Part shown: piece by piece, positions 26,158-31,592 of the stretch
Position numbering within the stretch: the first letter of the stretch is position 1
Layout of the letters: every line of letters begins with the position of its first letter
IMG/VR virus record: IMGVR_UViG_3300031833_000016
Location: 1 to 31,592 of that record
DNA from: a virus
Taxonomy: Duplodnaviria > Caudoviricetes
Strand: one strand, 5' to 3'
Length of the DNA: 31,592 nt
Translations under genes and position numbers: made by a program
The notes under the pieces: model-generated
The model's database searches: none
What the model saw: only the letters and a program-made list of their open reading frames with translations
What the model was told of the DNA's origin: nothing

Positions 26158-27020
26158 TGCCCCAGATCGCGCCGCCGGTCGCCGCCTACAGCCCGGCCGA
26201 GCTGTGGTACTGGAACGGGGTTGCGCTCAACCAGCAGTGGCTCAACATCGCCACCATGGGCGGGTCCCGGTTCGGGCTGCCGGTGCTCCGCGGCCAGAAC
26301 TACGAGGTGCCGTACCGGGCCGGGCAGGCGTGGCGGGCCAAGTTCCCGGACCAGCGCACGATAACGCTGGCCATGTGGCTGAACGGGGCGGCCACCGCTA
26401 GCGTGGCCTACCCGGCGGCGGACCCGCGGCTGGCGTTCAACAACAACCTGCAGCAGCTGCGCCAGCAGCTGTGGGCCCGCGGCGCGGGCGGCTCGCTGCA
26501 GGGCCAGCTGCAGCGCAACTGGTACCTGACCCAGGGCACCAACAAGCTGGTCACCTCCACCGCCATGGCCGAGGTGGCCGGCTCCATGGACCTGACCATG
26601 TCCGGGCGGCTGCACGCCGGGTTCAGCGTCGACTTCCTGCTGGCCGACCCGTACTTCTACGGCGCCCAGCAGACCCAGGCGTGCACGGGCGCCAGCACCA
26701 CGTGCACGGCCCTGGGCGAGGGGGTGGTGGGCGAGGGGTACTCCAGTGCGGTCAATGCGTTCACCGTGCAGCTGAGTGCCGCCTGCACGGTGACCAACGG
26801 GACCGCCGGGGTGGCCTTCAGCTTCGCCCAGGCGGGCGCGCAGTACCCGGTCACCGTCGACGTGCTCAGCTGCACCGTCACCGACAACGCCGGCATCAAT
26901 CAGGTGGCCGGGCTCACCCACAGCGGCAGCCGGTTCTGGATGGCGCTGCTGCCGGGGGCCAACATCATCACCGTGAGCGCTGGTACTGCCACGTTCCGGT
27001 GGAACGATTGTTACGCCTGA
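26157..27020 (+). CDS. Distal tail protein (Dit)-like minor tail protein
   Basis: SD GGGAGG; first gene after tape measure; RTITLAMW, FSVDFLLADPYFYG, LLPGANIITV motifs typical of Dit. Confidence 0.8.
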   Translation: MPQIAPPVAAYSPAELWYWNGVALNQQWLNIATMGGSRFGLPVLRGQNYEVPYRAGQAWRAKFPDQRTITLAMWLNGAATASVAYPAADPRLAFNNNLQQLRQQLWARGAGGSLQGQLQRNWYLTQGTNKLVTSTAMAEVAGSMDLTMSGRLHAGFSVDFLLADPYFYGAQQTQACTGASTTCTALGEGVVGEGYSSAVNAFTVQLSAACTVTNGTAGVAFSFAQAGAQYPVTVDVLSCTVTDNAGINQVAGLTHSGSRFWMALLPGANIITVSAGTATFRWNDCYA

Positions 27021-27931
27021 TGACCACGCCAGCGTTCTACTACAGCAACCTGTCGGTGAGCAATACCACCGGGGTGGCCATCTCCAACTCCGCGACCAGC
27101 GTGTACTGCGCGTCCGCGCCGGTCGGCTTCCCGGCCCAGTTCCCGTTCAAGCTGGTGCTCGGCGGCGCCGAGATCGTCTCCGTGACCGCCGGGTCCGGGA
27201 CCGCCGGCACGCCGTGGACCATCACCCGGGCGCAGGACGGCACCGCGGCGCAGGCCTGGGCCCTGGGCACCACCCTGGTGCACGAGCTGACCGCCGGGGA
27301 CCTGTCCCTGTCCCGCGCCCACGAGATCGCCGTCCAGGCCCAGCTGCCGCACGGGCTGCCCGCCACTGCCTGGGTGGCCTCGGCGTTCGCCACGCTGAAC
27401 GAGACCACGCTGGCCAACAGCACCTCGAACCTGGTCACCTGGTCCTCCATCCCGCAGACCTACAAGCACCTGCTGGTGGTCATCGCGGCCCGGCTGACCG
27501 AGACCACGGTGCAGTCCGACGACATCCTCATGCAGGTCAACGGGGACGCCAGCGCGGTCTACAGCTACCTGACCATCAGCGCCACCAACATCAGCGGGTC
27601 CGGCACCGCCGCGCTGAGCCAGTCCCAGTTCGCCGGCACCGCCTCGACCGTCTGGCCCATTGCCCGGGTGTCGGCCAGCCTGGCCGGCTCGGCGGTCACC
27701 GTCGGCGGCGGGTTCGCGGTCCTCCCCAACTACAGCGCGAGCGCCTTCAACAAGTCCTTCTACGGCATCTCCGGGATGGGCCAGGGGTCCGGCGCGGCCA
27801 TCGACGGGCGCTGGCGGATCGGCTTCTACAACCCGGCCACCCAGGCCGCCATCACCTCGCTGAGCTGCGCCGCCCCGGCGGGCTCGAACTTCCTGCTGGG
27901 CTCCCAGTTCAGCCTCTACGGATTCGGGTGA
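27020..27931 (+). CDS. Minor tail / fibre-like structural protein
   Basis: TGATG overlap; EIVSVTA...TITRAQDGT motif and C-terminal SIPQTYKHL...AITSL...GSQFSLYG domain. Confidence 0.7.
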   Translation: MTTPAFYYSNLSVSNTTGVAISNSATSVYCASAPVGFPAQFPFKLVLGGAEIVSVTAGSGTAGTPWTITRAQDGTAAQAWALGTTLVHELTAGDLSLSRAHEIAVQAQLPHGLPATAWVASAFATLNETTLANSTSNLVTWSSIPQTYKHLLVVIAARLTETTVQSDDILMQVNGDASAVYSYLTISATNISGSGTAALSQSQFAGTASTVWPIARVSASLAGSAVTVGGGFAVLPNYSASAFNKSFYGISGMGQGSGAAIDGRWRIGFYNPATQAAITSLSCAAPAGSNFLLGSQFSLYGFG

Positions 27932-27934
27932 TCT

Positions 27935-28099
27935 ATGAGTACCGAGGTTCACATCGACCTGGCCGCGCTGGCCGGGCGGCTGCGCGCGGAGCGCGAGGAG
28001 TCCGAGCGCCGGGTGGCCGGGGCGCTGGCCAGGCTGCGCGCCCGGGCCGAGGACGACCAGGACATCGCGGACCTGCTCGTGCTGATCGGGGCGCCGTGA
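27935..28099 (+). CDS. Small helical hypothetical protein (54 aa)
   Basis: MSTEVHIDLAALAGRLRAEREES...; below ORF-track size; GTGA overlap with next gene. Confidence 0.6.
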   Translation: MSTEVHIDLAALAGRLRAEREESERRVAGALARLRARAEDDQDIADLLVLIGAP

Positions 28100-28278
28100 G
28101 CGAGCCGGACGCCGGGCGGGAGGTGCTGCCCGCTGCGGAGCCGGACGTGCAGGGCGCCCGGCCTGCCGAGCCTGCCGAGCTGGGCGGCCGGCTCCGCGGC
28201 CCGTACCCGGACACCCCCGGGCCCGGCGCGCTGCCGCCGGACACCGGGCGCAAGCGCGACCACATCAAGGGGCACTAG
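28096..28278 (+). CDS. Small Pro-rich hypothetical protein (60 aa)
   Basis: Fills the gap with GTGA coupling; stop 3 nt before next ATG. Confidence 0.5.
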   Translation: MSEPDAGREVLPAAEPDVQGARPAEPAELGGRLRGPYPDTPGPGALPPDTGRKRDHIKGH

Positions 28279-28281
28279 GCC

Positions 28282-31200
28282 ATGCCGCTCGCCACCCTGC
28301 TGCCGCAGGCCCTCCCGTCCGGCACCCTCGTCGTCGGCCAGCCCGGCGCGGCCGGCGGCCCGGGCGGCCCCGCCCCGCCCGGCGCCGGCTCCGGCTGGGA
28401 GGTCCGGGTGCTGGCCGCGCCGGACTACTACAAGCAGCTGGTCCTGTTCAGCCCGCAGATCGTCACCGGCATCCAGTTCGTCAAGCAGCTGAAGGACAAG
28501 GGCAGCGGCACCATCACCCTGTCCATGGACGACCCGTTCTGGCAGACCACGCTGCCCGGCGGGCTGGCCGCGCACAACATCCTGGACTACGAGCACCTGT
28601 GGCAGGTCTGGCAGGATGGCGTGCTGCGGTTCGAGTTCCTGGGCGAGACGGTCACCGAGGCGCTGATCGACCCGAGCGAGCAGCGCCTCGCCACGGTCAC
28701 CGGGCCGGGCGCCATCGCCGCGCTGGCCTGGGGCATGACCCTGCCGCAGGGCTTCCCGTACGTGGTCTACAAGCTGGACGCGCTGTCCGACGGGTTCGCC
28801 GAGACCGACGTGAACGGCAACCTGGTGCTCGACACCGGGCTGTGGAACCAGACCCAGCCGCTCAACCGGGTCTCGCTCAACCCGTCCGGCACCGCCCGGC
28901 TCATGGCCAGCCCGACCACCACCTACCTGGGCACGTCCGTCTTCGACGGCACCGAGACCCTGATCTCGGCCAGCATCATCCCGATGGTCTCGCCGAACTC
29001 CGCCGGGCAGGCGCTGAACGGCAGCCAGCTCACCCAGTTCTACATCCAGGACGTGAACAACAGCGCGAACTACGCGCTGATGGGGCTTTCCGGGACCACC
29101 TTCTACTGCCGCCACGGCGACCCGAAGAACGGGGTGTCCACCCAGGTGATCTCCTCGGCTGCCGGGTTCAACGCCACCCAGGCCGCGGGCTCGCTGAACG
29201 GCACCTACAACTACGACTACTGGATGATCAGCGAGCACGCCGGGGTCTTCTACTTCTGGACCAGCGGCGACGGGACCACCTGGGCCAAGCAGTTCCAGGT
29301 CCGGCACACCTGGGCGGCCACCCGGGTGGCGTTCTTCGTCTCTGCCCAGTACAGCGTCGACAATACCCAGTACGCCTCGGTGCTCAGCATCAACACCAAC
29401 GTCTCCCAGTCCTCGCTGGGCGGCGCGACCTACGTGAGCCAGCCCATCATGAGCGTCTGGCTGCAGTCGCTGCGGGCAGCCCAGGCGCGCGGCACGGTGC
29501 CGTTCGTCACCACCGCCATGACCGCCTCCACCGACAGCTGCGGCAACCCCTGGTCGGACAGCCAGAGCGTCCAGATCGCCAACGGCACCGACCTGCTCAC
29601 CCTGCTCCAGGGGCACGCTTCCATGGTCAACGCGGACTGGATCATGGAGCCGGGCTTCCTGCTCAAGGTGGGCCTGCCCGCGGCCGGCCGTATCACCCTG
29701 GGCGCCGACCGCAGCGCCCAGGTGGTGTTCCGCGAGGCCCGGGACGAGATCGCCAAGACCCGGACCCGCGCCCGCAACTCCATCGCCAACCTGCTCGGCG
29801 TGGTCAACGCGGACGGGCGCACCGTGACCACCTCGGACACCACTTCGATCGGCAACTGGGCGCAGCGCGAGGCCTGGCTGTCCGCCGGCGCGCAGGTCAC
29901 CGAGCAGGACATCACTGTCGTCGCGTCGGCGGCGGTGCAGCAGACTGCCGGCGAGCAGCTGGCCTGGACGATGCAGATCACGCCCAACCTGAGCGGCAAG
30001 ACGGTGTTCCGGGACTTCGCCGTGGGCGACTGGGTGGGCCTGGAGCGGCCGGACTACAGCGCCATCGACGCGGTGCGGGTGATCGCCATCGCGGTGTCGG
30101 TCGACGCGTCCGGGGCCGAGGTGCACGAGCTGACCCTGGTGTCCTACATCTCCTGGCTGCAGGAGCAGTTCGCCTACGTGGTGGCCAAGATGGGCGGCAG
30201 CCTGCTGACCGCGGCCGGCACCTCGCTGGTGGCCGGGGGGATCAGCAGCCGGGTCACCCCCACCGTGTTCGCGCCCACCCTGGCCGGGCTGGGCGACGTG
30301 CAGTCCGCCGGGGCGCAGGGCAACGCCCCGCTGGTCTACGATCCGGTGACCGGCAAGTGGGTGGCGGCGGGCACCCAGAACCCGGACACGGGCGCGACCA
30401 CCAACCTGTCCGTCTCCGGCAGCAGCGGCACCACCACCGTCAGCGGCGGGCAGACCACGGTGGCCGCGCCCACGGTCGCGCCCGCGGACACCGGCACGCC
30501 GGGCCCGGTGGCCAGCACCACCACCACGCCGACCGGGCACGTGATCACGGACAGCACCGGCACCCAGCGGGTCATCGTCGGCGCGCAGTCCGACGGCACG
30601 GTCACCGTCAGGACCGTGAATGCCCCGGCTCCGGCCGCGCCGGACACTCCCACCTGCATAGCCGGCGCGCTCGGCGTCATCGTCGGGTGGGACGGGCTGC
30701 TCGGCGGGGCCGGGCCGCTGTCGGACTTCAAGCTCGTCCAGGTGCACGGCTCCACGTCGAGCGGCTTTACGCCATCAGGTGTCACTCTTCAGGGCACGAT
30801 GGTGGCCGGGGGCCTGTTCGGCGTCGGCGGGCTGGCCGCAGGCACCGCCTACTACGTCAAGCTGGTCGCGCTCAACCTGGCCAGCGTGGCCTCCCCGGCC
30901 TCCGCCCAGGCCACCGCCACCCCAACCACCGTGGCGGCCGGGATCGGGGCGGGCAGCCTGCCGGGGACCGCCATCCAGACCGGGACCATCACCAGCACCC
31001 AGATTTCCGCGACGGCCGGGATCATGGGGTCGCAGCTGGCCAGCAACGCGGGCATCGTCGCCGGGCAGGTCGCCTTCACCGCCAGCGCCATCGGCGGCGG
31101 GCCGGCGGTCACCGTGGCCAATACCGCGCCCGGCTCCCCGGCCACCAATGACCTGTGGTTCGACGGGTCCAACGGGTACGAGCTGAAGAAGTGGTCCGGC

Positions 31201-31592
31201 TCGGGGTGGACCGCCTACCAGTACGGCACGAACGCGCTGAGCGCGGGCTCGGTCACCGCCGCGGTGATCGCCGCGAACACCATCACCGCGGCGCAGATCG
31301 CCAGCGGGGCCATCACGGCCACCCAGATCGCCGCCGGTACGATAACCGCGTCCCAGATCGCCGCCGGCACGCTGACCGCTGGCCTGTTTCAGGCGGGCAT
31401 CATCCTGGCCGGGATCATCAACGGCACCGTGGTCACCGGCAGCACTATCCAGAACAGCAGCACCGACCCCCGGACCAGCATCAACCCGGACGGGTCGGTC
31501 AGCATCACCAACGCCGCCGGCACGGTCATCTTCTCGCTCGGCGCGGATGGCACCATGAACTGGTACACCGGCACCGGGCAGCTTCAGATGCA
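28282..31592 (+). CDS. Large minor tail protein (Tal/hub-like with FN3-like domain and fibre repeats), 3' partial
   Basis: Not in ORF track because it has no stop in the window; ATG 28282 MPLATLLPQ...; KQLKDKGSGTITL, DFAVGDWV, FN3-like YYVKLVALN; 10-aa ITAxQIAAGT repeats near 31243-31398. Confidence 0.85.
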   Translation, partial: MPLATLLPQALPSGTLVVGQPGAAGGPGGPAPPGAGSGWEVRVLAAPDYYKQLVLFSPQIVTGIQFVKQLKDKGSGTITLSMDDPFWQTTLPGGLAAHNILDYEHLWQVWQDGVLRFEFLGETVTEALIDPSEQRLATVTGPGAIAALAWGMTLPQGFPYVVYKLDALSDGFAETDVNGNLVLDTGLWNQTQPLNRVSLNPSGTARLMASPTTTYLGTSVFDGTETLISASIIPMVSPNSAGQALNGSQLTQFYIQDVNNSANYALMGLSGTTFYCRHGDPKNGVSTQVISSAAGFNATQAAGSLNGTYNYDYWMISEHAGVFYFWTSGDGTTWAKQFQVRHTWAATRVAFFVSAQYSVDNTQYASVLSINTNVSQSSLGGATYVSQPIMSVWLQSLRAAQARGTVPFVTTAMTASTDSCGNPWSDSQSVQIANGTDLLTLLQGHASMVNADWIMEPGFLLKVGLPAAGRITLGADRSAQVVFREARDEIAKTRTRARNSIANLLGVVNADGRTVTTSDTTSIGNWAQREAWLSAGAQVTEQDITVVASAAVQQTAGEQLAWTMQITPNLSGKTVFRDFAVGDWVGLERPDYSAIDAVRVIAIAVSVDASGAEVHELTLVSYISWLQEQFAYVVAKMGGSLLTAAGTSLVAGGISSRVTPTVFAPTLAGLGDVQSAGAQGNAPLVYDPVTGKWVAAGTQNPDTGATTNLSVSGSSGTTTVSGGQTTVAAPTVAPADTGTPGPVASTTTTPTGHVITDSTGTQRVIVGAQSDGTVTVRTVNAPAPAAPDTPTCIAGALGVIVGWDGLLGGAGPLSDFKLVQVHGSTSSGFTPSGVTLQGTMVAGGLFGVGGLAAGTAYYVKLVALNLASVASPASAQATATPTTVAAGIGAGSLPGTAIQTGTITSTQISATAGIMGSQLASNAGIVAGQVAFTASAIGGGPAVTVANTAPGSPATNDLWFDGSNGYELKKWSGSGWTAYQYGTNALSAGSVTAAVIAANTITAAQIASGAITATQIAAGTITASQIAAGTLTAGLFQAGIILAGIINGTVVTGSTIQNSSTDPRTSINPDGSVSITNAAGTVIFSLGADGTMNWYTGTGQLQM

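Noticed and set aside
28599-31151. 850-aa + strand ORF from the track
   Set aside because: Arg/Pro-rich off-frame shadow; the real gene is the frame starting at ATG 28282 that runs off the window.
1-31592. tRNA gene (notably tRNA-Leu UAA)
   Set aside because: No cloverleaf with a T-loop consensus recognised in any intergenic region; needs tRNAscan-SE to be certain.
1-31592. Absence of TAA stops as evidence of stop-codon reassignment
   Set aside because: All called genes end in TGA or TAG, but TAA is rare in high-GC genomes anyway and I saw no in-frame TAA inside genes.

Overview
High-GC actinobacterial siphovirus or prophage virion-gene operon, all on the + strand. Order: scaffold C-terminus, head decoration protein, an inserted Tat-exported heme peroxidase, lambda-gpE-like major capsid, head-tail joining genes, two glycosyltransferases, a LysM/Rpf-like transglycosylase, a candidate lysis cassette, major tail protein, tail assembly chaperones (-1 frameshift), a ~2500-aa tape measure protein, Dit and minor tail proteins. 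Five free-standing homing endonucleases are interspersed. The main observation concerns the Leu codon TTA. In a by-eye scan I found only seven in-frame TTA codons in the plausible genes, and none sits mid-protein as ordinary Leu. Five lie where a gene should end (four with no real stop nearby, including a TTATG stop/start-style overlap between tape measure and Dit). Two lie exactly at reading-frame breaks that are repaired by a hop between matching codons (TGG-TTA...TGG in the tape measure 5' end; TTT-TTA in the glycosyltransferase 5' end). A third matched-codon gap (GCT...TGA...GCT) follows in the tape measure. I infer a recoding system in which UUA is a non-decoded, stop-like and bypass-triggering signal, possibly gating virion assembly on a bldA-type tRNA state. 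Product calls rest on motifs and synteny only; no searches were run.
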